Origin: Octopus sinensis
Taxonomy: Eukaryota
Direction of reading: 5' to 3'
DNA: 64,000 nucleotides
Assembly (NCBI RefSeq): GCF_006345805.1
Contig: NW_021832528.1
Span: 62,001-126,000, forward strand
Part shown: positions 36,017 to 48,363 of the stretch, piece by piece
Position numbering within the stretch: position 1 is the first letter of the stretch
Layout of the letters: the number at the start of each line of letters is the position of its first letter
The notes under the pieces: model-generated
The model's input: only the letters and a program-made list of their open reading frames with translations
The model's database searches: none
Told to the model about the DNA's origin: nothing
Translations under genes and position numbers: made by a program

Positions 36017-39000
36017 ATGACTTTTGTGCTCCTTTTATTTGTCCGAATTGAATCAGTTAGCCAGTTCTCACAAGAGGGATTTGTCTCAAAAGTAGCCGAG
36101 AGTATTCAGGAAATGGACCAAAGTCGATTTTGGAACATAACAGCCCACATTTGTAGTGAAACAGTATAGAACTGTCCATTCTCTGTTAGGCCTCAGTCGT
36201 ACTACTGCATGATGACGTGTCTAAACTAGTGAGGATATACACGTGAGGGACTGTGATTTAGTCAGGTAGATCCTCCTCCACGACACACCTTTACCCACTG
36301 GAGGTGGATGCCAGCATTGCCCACGTCTGCCCCTCCACCAATGATATATGGATAGTGGACAGTGCCCCTTATTCTACTCTCCTCAGACTGAAGGACTGCC
36401 ATTCCCTCAGCACACAGTCCACTCCCTTCAAAATCGACATCCTCCTCCCCCACCCTGAGGACTGTGACACAATGGTGGCACTGAGTGATATAACACGTGA
36501 CAATTATGCACGTGTTGGACATGTCTGATTATTATAGTTCATGTTTCTGACTGAGAATGGTGGAGTGACGTGGAGTCTGCTTAGCACTGATGTCTCTCTC
36601 GACAGTTGTGAGTGGAGGGGACACTCCAGGCTGTACTTCCTGAGGGATATTGAAGGTTGCTGTCCTCAGTCATGACTAAGGGGACACCCACCTAATCCTC
36701 TGCCGTATAAGGGACATGTGTCGGACTATCACCAACAATGTGACCAGGAATCACTTCCTCATTGGAGGGGCATTTGCCTACTTTGAAATAGATCAAAGGT
36801 ATAAGTCATCCTCATACCAGTACTGCCCACTACACCATTCCACTGTGGAGAGACCACTCGATTGTCCTCCCTCAATTCCTTCCCTCCCCTCCTCAGGTTC
36901 CCGCCCTCACTTTGTCCTAGAAAGTACTCCACTTTGAGGGGGATGGGGCCAGGATTATATTGGCGGCACTTCAAAGGGTTGATGACGTCACTGCTAGTTT
37001 ATATGTGTCTGATTCAAAGGGAAAATATTTCAAGAAAACAGTGACAAATATAATTAGTGAGCCCGTCCTTCAATTCATGAAAGTAATCATCGGCCATGAC
37101 CTGCCAGTTGTCGACCACTGTCCTCGTCAATCAACGTGACTCCTCGGAAAACATGTTGACTTTGATCTCTACGAACATGGGCAGCACATTTAGGAGGATA
37201 TCATTAAACCTTCACATAGGAAAGGAGAATGTTTTGAGTAGTCCCGACTGTCCAGGCTTGCTTATTCTCTACGGTTATTGCTGTGTGGGGAGGCTGGTAG
37301 GAATGGAGGGATCCCACTACGACACAAACATCCCACATCACGCCTACATATCTACCGACGGGGGAATTAATTTTAAAAAAGTATATTAATTAATAATTTA
37401 GACATTATCATTTCGACCAATAATTGGTTTCCTTGATGGTGGGTCTGTCCTCATTGCAGTGAATGCGACGATTGTTGGGCAGAGAATTAGCACTATTTTG
37501 TACTTTTCAATTGCCATTTGAGTTATTCTATCAACTACGGGGAGAGTTGGGAACACAAGGACACTCCTGTAGACATTGTCCCTCTCAGATTCGAACAGAC
37601 TTCTCGTTCTTCCTCAATAAGGTACATTTATTAGGATTATTAGACTCTTTGCATACAATGCCACCAACAATCGACTTTTGATCATCACTTTAAATCTCCA
37701 AGCTCTATTGGGACGAAAATGCTCTCAAAAGGATATATTAAATAATGTATTATATTTTAATAATATATTAATTAATAATAAAATTTATATAAAATAGGTT
37801 CATGTGGGGACATGTCATTATGGGATATCCTATCCCCTCGTTTATCGACAACCACATCGCCTATGCAGAGTGGCCCACCTAATGACCCCAAAATACTGCA
37901 ACTGCACAGCAGAGGACTACGAGTGGTATAACTAGAATGTAATATCAGTGACTCGTCTCCAATCCTATCAGAATGTATTAACAACGTCTCCAAATTCAAC
38001 TACAATTGCTGGGAAGGAGAACCCATTCGTTCGAATAACGAGTTCCCCTCTTGGTATATTTCAGTATCCGTCTAATTCCGGGGAACATGTGCCTGAATGA
38101 CCAGACCGAGGATATGAATGCCCCTCCCTGTCCATTCCAGCCCCCTTCCAACGTGAGCATAATCACTTCGGGGTACAAATCAGTGTTCAGAGTGCATGAG
38201 CAAGTCCACTTTATGATACTCCAATATAAGGTGGGTGGGGAGTGCCATGTGGTAGGGGTGGCGGTCCAATATCACGTGTGTCTGGGATTTTGGGGATGGT
38301 TACATATTGAGAATGGGGGAGGGGTGTTATAGTGTGAGGCATAAGTATGTGGACGGGGGTGACTACTCGGTTGGCGTGTCTCTCACACACAGACACCACT
38401 CCCTGTGGGTGAATGCCTCCATGGATGTCACAATTATTGGTGAGTGTAGTACTGTGGTAGTGTAGACACACAGTTGTATGGCAGTCTTGAATATGACAAG
38501 GATATTTTTGTGAATGAAATGTTTACTGTCCGAGTACACTCCAGTCTACTGAGTGACCACAAGGATGTAAATTCAAATGATTTTATTTATAAATATATTT
38601 TTAATGATGAGGTGATTAATATACATATATTTTAGTTATTGAATAACTCTATAATCACAGACACGAATACATGTGAGTATATATATACTACTCCTGGCCA
38701 GTATGTAGGCCACGTCACTACTTACTCTCACTACGGGTCTCACTCCAGTGAGTTCGTGGTTAATGTGCACGGAGAGCCCCGGATATATGAGTTGAAGTGC
38801 TCTCTGTGTGGTGAGCAACAATTTGTGACCCACAGGAAATATGTGATTGACGACTTGTACCTCCAACTTGTGAATGTTTGTGATTGGATTGAATTAGTAG
38901 TATTTGAAGCCGAATTACTTTCGTGTAGAAATGGATACTACTCGTGGTGGTGTCATTTTGGTTATTAAAATAGACGAGTCGACCTCCTCCGTATTATTAC

Positions 39001-39273
39001 TTATATTATTTATAGTGGGGGGATGTGAGGAGGGGACTAGTATTGAGTGTGGGGAGTAGAGAGTGTGTTTGTGGGGAATATTCGAGTGGATATTCGTGGA
39101 GATATCTCATCTCCGGATTGGTCGTTGCCATTGTGCTGGTTGGAATAATCCTCATATATTTGTTCTACAAGTATAATGACTGTTCTATATATAGGAAAAC
39201 GTGGATATCACGACTGGTGGGTAAAATGAAGCACTCTAAATATTTCGAATATAGGTTAACCACAATAGATTAA
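36017..39273 (+). CDS. VPS10-domain receptor with PKD domain and TM helix (SorCS-like)
   Basis: Signal-like MTFVLLLFVRIES; Asp-box motifs STDGG/STNMG; Cys-rich 10CC-like region; PKD-like EYIYTTPGQYVGHVTTYSHYGS; TM YLISGLVVAIVLVGIILIYLFY. Many micro-introns. Confidence 0.72.
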
Positions 39274-39302
39274 AATTTATTTAAAATAATAAATAGATTT
39301 AT

Positions 39303-39842
39303 TTAAAATATTGTTTTTGTGTATTGGTAGTAAAGACACGCTGAATAGTAATAGTAGAATGTGTCCCTGTCCACGTCTGTCTCGAATTGGATTAGTCTGA
39401 GCAAGTCAGCTTCGATTTGATTTCTATATATATTAAACATATTACATTCTATGGATATCCAGGTTGGTTATTTGTGTCCAATCTTTATTCTTGACTTCAA
39501 AATCCTCATAGTTCTTGACTGCCAGAATACACGACCCCACCAAAATGTGTTTCCAGTTGTGTTTAGTCAGGGACGTCCGTCGTGTGGCTTTGGTCAAATA
39601 AATCTGTCGTGATACCACACAACCACCAGTGATATCAAAACGTGTTCAAAATTACAATCACAAAACAACGTGTCCACAAAAGTAGCAATTTGGTGATAAA
39701 ATAAAATAGGCCCTTATTTTGGCGGGAACAAAAGTAGATTTGGCGGGGTGGTTTAACTCCTTTTTGGTGAGTCAGTTCATAGTCGATTATATCAGTGATG
39801 AGTGAGCAGGCAGAAGAGGATAACAAATTGGATGTCTAGCAT
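39303..39842 (-). CDS. CCNY: cyclin Y-like (cyclin box only)
   Basis: NWKHILVGSCILAVKNYEDFEVKNKDW..MNQIEADLLRLIQFETDV..YY parallels CCNY NWKRIVLGAILLASKVWDD..MNELERQFLELLQF. The 5' end is uncertain. Confidence 0.75.
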
Positions 39843-40016
39843 TAGGGCGGGAAAATATTCACTTTAAAATTATAAGTGTTTTGTTTGATTGGTTAGAAAA
39901 CGTGTAGTTTATATTGCCCATGATAAAATACCAAAATGATAATTTATTATATTTTTATTAAATAATTTACATTAAAATATAATTAAACTGGCGCAAATAT
40001 AATTTCGTTTGTTGTG
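39843..40016. promoter_or_regulatory. bidirectional promoter between the CCNY-like and TPX2-like genes, with E2F-like and CCAAT motifs
   Basis: GGCGGGAAAA at 39846-39855, ATTGG at 39888-39892, TGGCGCAAA at 39989-39997, in otherwise AT-rich DNA. Confidence 0.5.
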
Positions 40017-40525
40017 ATGAGTAAATTAATTGCTAATATTATTCTAGGTTTGCCAACTAAAATAATTCTATCCTCTACAGTGAAAAAATCCTCCTCACTT
40101 CAGAACAGTAAAACATCCCAAAGCAGTCCCCTGAAAGAAAACAGGCCTCCCAATGCTCAGAGTCGGTATAATTTGATCAAAAATCGTGAGCCATTTCGTC
40201 CTCAAATCCCCGAAAGACCCCCAATTGGTTAATTAAATGACCCATTTTAGAATTCGATGAGTTCAATCTCCACTCAGCAGCACGTGCAATTGATAGAAGA
40301 AAGGCCGACCAGGACTTTGAAGTAAACCGACTGATGCAACAACAGGAAAATGAGCATTCAAGGAGGGAGCGTGAGAAGGAGGAGATCTGTGCTATCAGGA
40401 GACAGGCCTCCTCCTTCCGAGCCTCACAAATACGCAAATATAAATCACTCCAACCAATATCAAGGCCTAAACTAACATTGCCCATTTCTCCTAAGTTCCA
40501 TTCCTACAGTTGGCAACGAAAATAG
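40017..40525 (+). CDS. TPX2: TPX2 C-terminal-domain protein (miniature)
   Basis: ATG, 27-nt intron 40021-40047, second short intron, then EFNLHSAARA..EKEEICAIRRQ..FRASQIRKYK..LTLPISPKF. Confidence 0.72.
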
Positions 40526-40584
40526 TCTTTCTTGCTAATAAATGTCTGTTTAATTCGTTCGACATGTCTCATTGGCTGACAAAG

Positions 40585-40880
40585 CTATTTTATGCTAAGG
40601 GGGGTCCCTTACCATTTTTAATTGGTTCCCTACTAAGCCCACTCTATGGTAATGGGGGTCCCTTATCATTATTATTTGGTCTCTTAATGACCCCATTTTT
40701 TGGTAAGGGGGGTCCCTTACCAGTTTTAATTGCTCTATAAATAACCCCATTTTATGCTAAGGGACCCCCCTTATGCCTAATTGGTCCTTGTAATTTATTA
40801 AAACACAAATAGTGTAGTTCATTTAAATAAAGACCATTTTTAAGGAAATAATAGAAATACTATTTATGTATTAAGTGTTA
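40585..40880. repeat. 54-nt tandem repeat (4 units) plus flank; second locus at 45620-45790
   Basis: AAGGGGGGTCCCTT-like core at ~40597, 40651, 40705 and 40759, and at 45627 and 45681, with a shared downstream flank. Confidence 0.8.
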
Positions 40881-40927
40881 ATTATTGAATATGAATAAAT
40901 TAATAACAATTGATTGTAATACAAGTG

Positions 40928-41679
40928 ATGGTGGTGACGTGAGGAGTAATATGATAGGACGTATTAACATACAATGGTGGAAGTGTTGCTGCAATGTGTG
41001 GAAAGAACTCAATCGCCTTTGCCTGTGACACACAGTTCGGAGTCCGCTACCAAGTAATATCCAACAATTTCTGCAAAATATTCCGCCTCAACAAACACGT
41101 CTACATTGCCATGTCAGGCTTCCAAAGCGACATTCTCACATTGTACCCCCCAACCTCCCCACCACAGCCACCACAATCTGCAGGCGGAGATCAGCCAATT
41201 CGAGTTGAACGAGCACAGGGAATTGAGTCCTCAAAGAGTGGCCAACATAGTCTCCTATATGTTGTATGACAAGAGGTTGACCTTCCACTCACCCACAGGT
41301 TTTCTCCCTGGTTTATTGAGCCAATCGTGGGAGGGATTTCCTTCACGGAGGAGGGGTCTCCCAGGCCTTATCTTGCCCATTTTGACTCGATTGGAAGTCT
41401 GTCGGAGACCTGTGACTTTGCAGCGTCGGGGACTGCTTGTGAGGCGTTGATTGGGTTGTCGGAGTATACTTATAAGGAGGGGATGGTTGGTCTGTGGGGG
41501 TTTTGTTTAGGAGGATGGGCCACTTTTTGAGGCTATTTCTCAGACCGTGTTGAATTCGGTTGATCAAAATGCCTTTTCGGGGAAGGGGGTTCTCGTTTTT
41601 ATTATGTTTGTGGGGGTTTTGATGTTGTAGATCTCCTGAGAGGGCTGTGGTCAGTACTTTGAAATGTAGGGGAGATTAA
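40928..41679 (+). CDS. PSMB3: proteasome subunit beta type-3
   Basis: M|DVLTYNGGSVAAMCGKNSIAFACD..FIEPIVGG..FAASGTA..LFEAISQ..VDQNAFSGKG..TLKCRGD*. Introns 40931-40957, 41143-41167, 41486-41510 and others. Confidence 0.95.
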
Positions 41680-42628
41680 TTTTTGGACTTTCCTAATAAT
41701 TTTGTCTTTATTTTCAATTTATTTTAATATCTAGGCTTTTGAGTTTTTAGAAATATATATTTTGTTGTTGGTGGTATTGATAATGGAACGTGATTCTACA
41801 AGATCAAAAAATTATTAAATGTATTGATTAAAATGCAGGGATTTCGCAAAAGAGTGTCGGCTATCTTTCCGAAATATTCCAACGTGTTATGTCAACAATA
41901 ATAAACTATTTTTGACATGATAAATGGCCTGAAGATATGACAAGTCTATGTCTTAAATTTATTTTGGTCAAGACTAAGAATAAATTCCAAAGGAAGAATA
42001 TCATCTATACAGAGAATGAAGAGATTCTTCACAATTTAGATGAAAATGGTGATGAGGACATTGATCGTGCAAAACAGAAGAATGAACACAGAAGATACTG
42101 TCTATAATTTTAACTTTTTTTTATATATTAGTTATAATTTCTAGCATGCTTAAATTAGTTTTTTAGCTGGATACCATAATTCTAGAATATTCCAGAACAC
42201 TGTAGAACATTCTTGGATATTCTCGACCTATATTCTTATTGAAAAAGCTGTGCTAAATTTTGATTTATGATTGTTAAGCACGTCATTTGTCCTAGAAATA
42301 GATAATTGGACGTAACTTATAGTCTGCTTACTTAGTCATCAGGCCAATTATCAAAAGAAGCTTGAAATTCCAAGAGGGAGTGTTTTGTGGGTCTTGAATG
42401 ACATTTTTCTACCTCCATGTCTTTAAAAAGGAATCTCATCTCTTTAATTATTTTTTATTGATTTATAATAATCATGATGAGTTTTGATTGGTTAAATTCC
42501 ATAATTCAATAAAAATAAAATTATATATAATATCGTAAAATAATTAATATGTGTATATTATTAAATTATAATTCGATGGTTTACCTGATAGAATAGTATA
42601 ATAAAATAATATACTTGGCATAATCCTA

Positions 42629-43061
42629 ATGGTTTCTAGTGTGCTCTATTTATTCCCATATTTAGGTCCTATCTGTCTCTCTATCACTTCCCGATGATTT
42701 CGAGACCACATTCAACGACTTCAAATTGAAGCACAAGTATGACTACATCATCATCCACCTCAACGAAGACAAATCAAGCTTAGTCGTGGCCGATAAATGT
42801 GACACCTCTTCAAGAGAGAAGACTCAAATCTTTGAGGAAATGTCCGAGAAAGTCCTAAACCTCGACAAAAGCTGTTTCATTCTCTTTGATAACCCTTTCG
42901 CGTGGATCAAGTTCATAAAGGAACAAGAAGACGTCAAGACAAAAATGCTTCTGGCCTCTTCCTTCCAGAGTGTCCGAACGAGGTACAACACAGGCTATTT
43001 CGAGGCCTATGGACCCTCCGATATGGTTTATGGCACTTTTATTAACAATCGTAAATCCTAA
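42629..43061 (+). CDS. ADF/cofilin-family actin-depolymerising factor
   Basis: Intron directly after ATG. FNDFKLKHKYDYIIIHL, VKTKMLLASS..EAYGPSDM. The 3' end is uncertain. Confidence 0.75.
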
Positions 43062-44139
43062 TCCCTTCTTAATTATTACTGGAAGTGTTATTTAACATGA
43101 TTATTCTAATTTGGTGTTTTTTCTTTGTCTATTTCCTCATCAGTGTGCCCAAAGTTGGATTCTTTTTTGTTCCTAAAATTTGTACGCTTTTGATTTGTCT
43201 GATTTATGGGTAGGTTAGTTATTGGGGAGGATTTGTTCAATTAAATGTATTTAATTATGCCAATATTTAAGGAATAAATTGATTGAATAACTTATAAATT
43301 CTTTTCCGACTAACCTACTGTCCGTGTCTTCTAATTCTGTGCCCTGTGAATATTCCGTCTCTCGTTTGGATATTAGAAAACACAATAATGACGTCTGACA
43401 TCTCAGTTCGGATATTTGACATCCTAGTTCGGATATTCGATACCAAAAAGGTGTAGAAGTGAATATGCTTAGTTTAAGCAGTTCTTGTATGTTTGGTTAA
43501 TGTTGAGATATTCGATTATTATACTCCATCAACGTATTAGATTACCCAATTGTGTGCATTTTGTACTTATCATCTAATCCTGAGATATTCTTTTATTCAC
43601 TAATCATTTAATGAAAAAAAGAATTCGGTCAAGTGTTGAAAGCTTCATGGAAGGGAAGCCGACGCGATCGAGAAAGAATTAGAGCGTACTATCGCAAAGG
43701 ATATTCGCTCGAAAAACCATCTGAGATATTTATATTTAAATTTTCGGTAAATAAATTTATCAGTAGTTTAGATTTGTCATCCAATTTTTTAACTTTTCAG
43801 ATTGTTGATTGAAAATATTTGAGATAAGTGACAAAATTACGAACACTGATGCAGAAACTCGATTTATATTGCAATACTTCATTTATTTAGGATCCCTGGT
43901 TCAAATATTTTCACTTTTTTTAATAAATGGTTTTTCATTAAAAAATCATTCTATTAAATGACTTGATCAATTCAATTTGAATTTTCTATATACAAACAAA
44001 AACGAATACTCTAAGAAAGGGCATGTTCATTATAGTCAATTTAAAGAAATTAATATTTGATATAAAGTTTGAAAATTTTAAATATTCATGCGTTATTTGA
44101 TGAATTTAATAGACCTATTTAAAACCAAAAGTTTGAACC

Positions 44140-44570
44140 TTAAATTTTTTTTATGAAGTACTTGGAGAAAGACTGCAAAATGACAGTCCTTCCGAACGCA
44201 CATAGAATGGTTGTGTTGTCTCCTTTACAAATAGAAACACATAATTGATGACTCTGCCTCATCAAAAGTGCGTAGTTTGCATCTAACTTTTCCACGACTG
44301 GGCAGAATTGGCGGACTGGAAAGATCTGAATCATCTCGTAGTCTTTTTGGGTATCCCCTTATTCCACCTGCATTACAGTTTCCTTTTCATTGAGTAGAGA
44401 ATGCTCACCCCAATGGTGTACGAGTTAGTAGGGGCAACATAAGTCACTCGGATGTGCGTTGGGAGAGAACATGTTTAGTCCTCGAATCCCTACCAATGTC
44501 ACATTTCTCTACTGAGTGAATACTCCCCATCACTCCCCGACCCAGTTCCACGCTCAGAGGCTTTCCTAAT
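44140..44570 (-). pseudogene. ATP6V1A: V-type ATPase catalytic subunit A internal fragment
   Basis: KPLSVELG, VTYVAP, MIQIFPVRQ..VEKLDANYALL, TTILCAFG..TVILQSFSKY. In-frame stop, large internal deletion and a retained 26-nt intron. Confidence 0.85.
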
Positions 44571-44761
44571 TTAATTTACCTTGTGTTATTTGAGTAATTT
44601 ATATTAACAAATCCACAAATTTATTTGAAAATGAGCGTTCATCATTTATGCTTATTCTACAATCAGTTTTAAGGTCAGTTTTGAAATATTTATTGCAATT
44701 TTTTTTTTCGTTCGAAATGAATACTTTTGCTAAAACCTAATTTTTTTGTCAATTTGTAATT

Positions 44762-45290
44762 TTAAACTAATGTATGTAAAGCAGAACTGATGGCGATCCA
44801 GTTTCCCCTCACTATTGCTTGGGACACGTTCTGGAGGAGCCATCTCGTCTCCAGAGGATTGTGTGTTCTCAGGGTCTTGAGACGTCCAATACACATGAGG
44901 AAGCGCAACGACTCCTTCCCAATCGATCCCAGGGTTTCGACAGCAACCGGCCGGAAAACGAAACGATCGGTGAGCCCATCATATTTCTTCTTCTTGATGT
45001 CCTCTGCTCTATCCGCAGCTGTGCCAGCATTGCAGGCACTTTCCAACATATTTGTCTTGGACAAGGAGTCGGAACATGTTGAATCCCATACGAGAGGCTT
45101 TCCTTCCAAAAACGGAAAGATAGTCATCCCGTCTGGGCGTTTTCCATCTCCTCGGTCCAATCCAGGTGGTTCCAGCACTGATGGGAATCCGATTGAATCG
45201 AGAGCTCTTCTTATAACGTCGTTGAGAGCTGAATGCCTCGGGAATCTACCAGCGCTTTTTCGACAGGAAAGAGGGTGGAGTCCAAATTGA
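44762..45290 (-). mobile_element. CRE/R2-like retrotransposon 3' fragment (CCHC + RLE)
   Basis: GLHPLSCRKSAGRFPRHSALN..LEPPGLDRGDGKRPDG..VWDSTC..AVETLG. Confidence 0.9.
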
Positions 45291-45786
45291 TCAATTGAAA
45301 TTCTACAGAATTTTCAATTTTCACGTGTTCTTATAGAACTACTCTTTAACCTCCCTGGCTTAAAGTTGAGAGTCTACTTGCCCACTGGTTTTCTCACATT
45401 ATTTTCTTTTGTCCTATTTTAAAGCATTATTTTTCAATCTTCAAATTATTTATTTCAATTTGCTTACAGTTATCCTCGTCAATCTACCAATTATTGTATT
45501 CAGGATTCTTTCCAGAGTATCCACAGTACTGTTGCATATAATTTAAGAGTATTATCATTGCATAATCAGTACTATATTCACTTTACTTGCAAGTAAGTCG
45601 TATTTGTGCATTTTTTCCATTTCTATGGTAAGAGGGGTCCCTTCTCATGCCTAATTGGTCCCTTACTAAGCCAACTCTATGGTAAGAGGGGTCCCTTATC
45701 ATGCATAATTGGTCCTTTTGATTTACTAGAAGCACAACTTGTGTGGTTCATTAAATAAAGATTATTATAAGGCAATAATTGAAATA

Positions 45787-46300
45787 CTATTTAGTGATTT
45801 CAACCTCAATTGAAGTAATTATCTCTTTTACTGTTCTGGATATATTGTGATATCCACCCGTATCTCCACCAATTATTAGCTGCTGTAGATTGTCTGCTTG
45901 TGTCATGAGTCTATTCGATTTGTTCACAAAAAATGTGTCTTCATAAATAATAATTGTAGCACCCGTCCACATTTTATAGCAAAAATTCTCAACATTTTCA
46001 TCACTGAGTTCCACTGAGAACACATTGCCTTGTACGTATCAAAGAATGGATTTTGAGTTAAACATTCCTTCAATTTTAGAATTATATACAATCCACTAAG
46101 AAGGGTCAGTAAAGTTAGTCTCCTTTAAACAATAAGAGAGTATTGAATGCAAAGATTTGTTTTATTCAATCCAATGTCATTTGACTGCATGGCCAATAAA
46201 TTACCCGCTTTTTGAAATGACTTTAGGATTCGTTCACTTTTTTGTGCAACCAACATTAATCCAAGATTTTTCGATATTCTGGCCAATCATATAATTCCAT
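45787..46300 (-). mobile_element. possible Merlin/IS1595-like transposase relic
   Basis: GATIII and GGDTGGYHNISRTVKEI resemble the ISXO2-type DPxTGAHTQxIERxW region. Adjacent 54-nt tandem repeats. Confidence 0.45.
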
Positions 46301-46740
46301 ATTAATAAGCTATATTTAATAGTTAATATATGGACTCAGGGTATCTATTTGTGGCTTTAAAAAGTTGACTAAGTTCAATTTTATATTCACCAAGATTCTC
46401 TTGTTCACATCGTCAGATATTACATTTAATATTGAACCCAAAAAGTTTGAAAACATTTATTTGGGAACTCGACGTGTTTTATCAGAGTATAAAGTTCATC
46501 CGAAAGTGAATAACATAGAAAGACTGTGTATTATTCGAACTAAGTTAAGAAGGGTTTTACTTCTATTACTATGAATTGCAAAAATATGCTTTTTTAAAAT
46601 CGGATTTTGTATCAACAAAAATGAAATTTTGAGGTTCTTGAAAGGAAAGAAAACATACATGACTACGATTTTTATCTTTGAAGTTTTTAGTAAAAAATAA
46701 ATAAAATTAAATAACGTTATAGTTGTTGTGTGTCCACATT

Positions 46741-47314
46741 ATGACTACTCGATTACGAGTCCCGTATCTAAACCGTCGAAGAAACCTACCAGGAGCCAAA
46801 GCCTGTGGGTCAGGACCAGAAGGCCGAATGCTCAAATTACGAGAAATTGTGACTGCGGTGACCAGATTTGAGCGAATTGAGGGCTACCACGACCAACTCC
46901 ACGAAGCACAAGGATATGCAGAAATCGTGTCCCCTCCCTATCCAATATCACTAGTTAATTCAACGTGCATTACTCTACGGGGACAGACATACTGAAACCA
47001 TGAAATACGCCAATTACTGGCTTTTGGTTCTTTTTGTTTTTTCTATAAAATTCCAGGAAAAAGATTTGATCAGAAAATTATTCCGAGTCCTCGTGCCTCG
47101 TTTCCAAGACCACGTGGATTCCTACACCAATCTTCTCACTGCCCCTCACCGTTATCCCGGAACAGGAGTCAAATTGTCGATTTTAGAACTTAAAGGTTAT
47201 TGGGATTATTGATTGTAAGGGAATCCGTGGCCTCCTCTTAACGAAAGGATGTCTGAGGATAACTTTCTGCATAATGTGCTTGTTAGGGGTCTTTGGAAGG
47301 ACTGCAATGTCTAA
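46741..47314 (+). CDS. MRPL17: mitochondrial ribosomal protein L17 (bL17m)
   Basis: GSGPEGRMLKLREIVTAVTRFERIE..GYAE..YWLLEKDLIRKLFRVLVPRF..SILELKGNPWPPL after removing three short introns (24-30 nt). Confidence 0.93.
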
Positions 47315-47569
47315 CTGTGCTGTTTATTATTAAATATGTTTATAAGGGAATAATTATTTCGTAGATGTAGATTTCTGTTATATTGTGAATTTCCTAGCGT
47401 GGATTACTTCGAAATTTTTTGGTAAAAACAGATATTTTTAATTTTTTATTGAAATTGAATGATTTTGAATACTTGGATACATGTTTTTAATTATTTTATT
47501 AACTGATTATAAAATGAATGATATAATTTGTCAGGATAATTTAATAAATTGTGAATAATTTTAATTTAA

Positions 47570-48363
47570 ATGTTTGTCTTCATCATAGTGCTAGTTTCTA
47601 AAATCACGTCAAAAACCTGTGAATTAAAATCGGGATACACAACAAAAATGTTTATAAAATTCTAAAGTATACCTAGATCGCTACGAGATTGCATTTTTCC
47701 GAACATTGAAACTGATTCGAATATCATATATGTTCATATACTCAATAATGTCTCATTTGTTAAAAGACCAAATTTTGGAATATTTCCAAAACTTGAAGCA
47801 CTGTCGATAATTGTTTATTCATTTGCGTAGAGAATGTTCTGGTTCCTTGAAATATATTATGGACGATACTTTTTATGGTCTGAAATCGTTAAATGCAGTG
47901 TAATGACTTAATTCAATTATTTTCAACTATAGATTTCTTTGGAGTTGCTGGGAATTGCAGTATTTCAGTCGTTCGGCATTCTTGACCTGTTCGAGTTTGT
48001 CACATCTGTATTTTTAAGAATAACAAAATTCTAGTTCTTTGCCGAAATACAAAACGTACCTTCCTTTTATTAGCATTAAATACAGAATTTCTTTTGAAAG
48101 CTCTATAATCTGCTTCCAAATAGGTGAATCCCAACCAACATCGTATTCATTTCGATGTATAAGCTTAGAATACTTGGAGGTGATGATTCTGATTTAATTC
48201 TACAGTAAGTCCATATCTATTTCATAGCCTAGTAATAATTTCCAGTTGAATCTGACGTACGGAACATTCACAGTGACCACTGTGGGAGCAACAGGTATGA
48301 ATATTACTTATCCAAGCATGCAATGAGTGTCTCCCATACGATTCGGACAATGCCATATGTTAA
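47570..48363 (+). CDS. LRR-family copy E: secreted BspA/LRR_5-like leucine-rich-repeat protein
   Basis: Signal-like MFVFIIVLVS. Phase-2 introns 47803-47830, 47900-47932 and 48008-48034 flank 69- and 75-nt exons ECSGSLKYIMDDTFYGLKSLNAV and FLWSCWELQYFSRSAFLTCSSLSHL. 3' exons unresolved. Confidence 0.6.

Noticed and set aside
39717-39760. Two more TTTGGCGGG E2F-like words
   Set aside because: They fall inside the probable cyclin Y-like coding region.
41880-42360. Possible solo LTR (TGTTA start, tctagaa-like repeats)
   Set aside because: No matching CA end with a target-site duplication.
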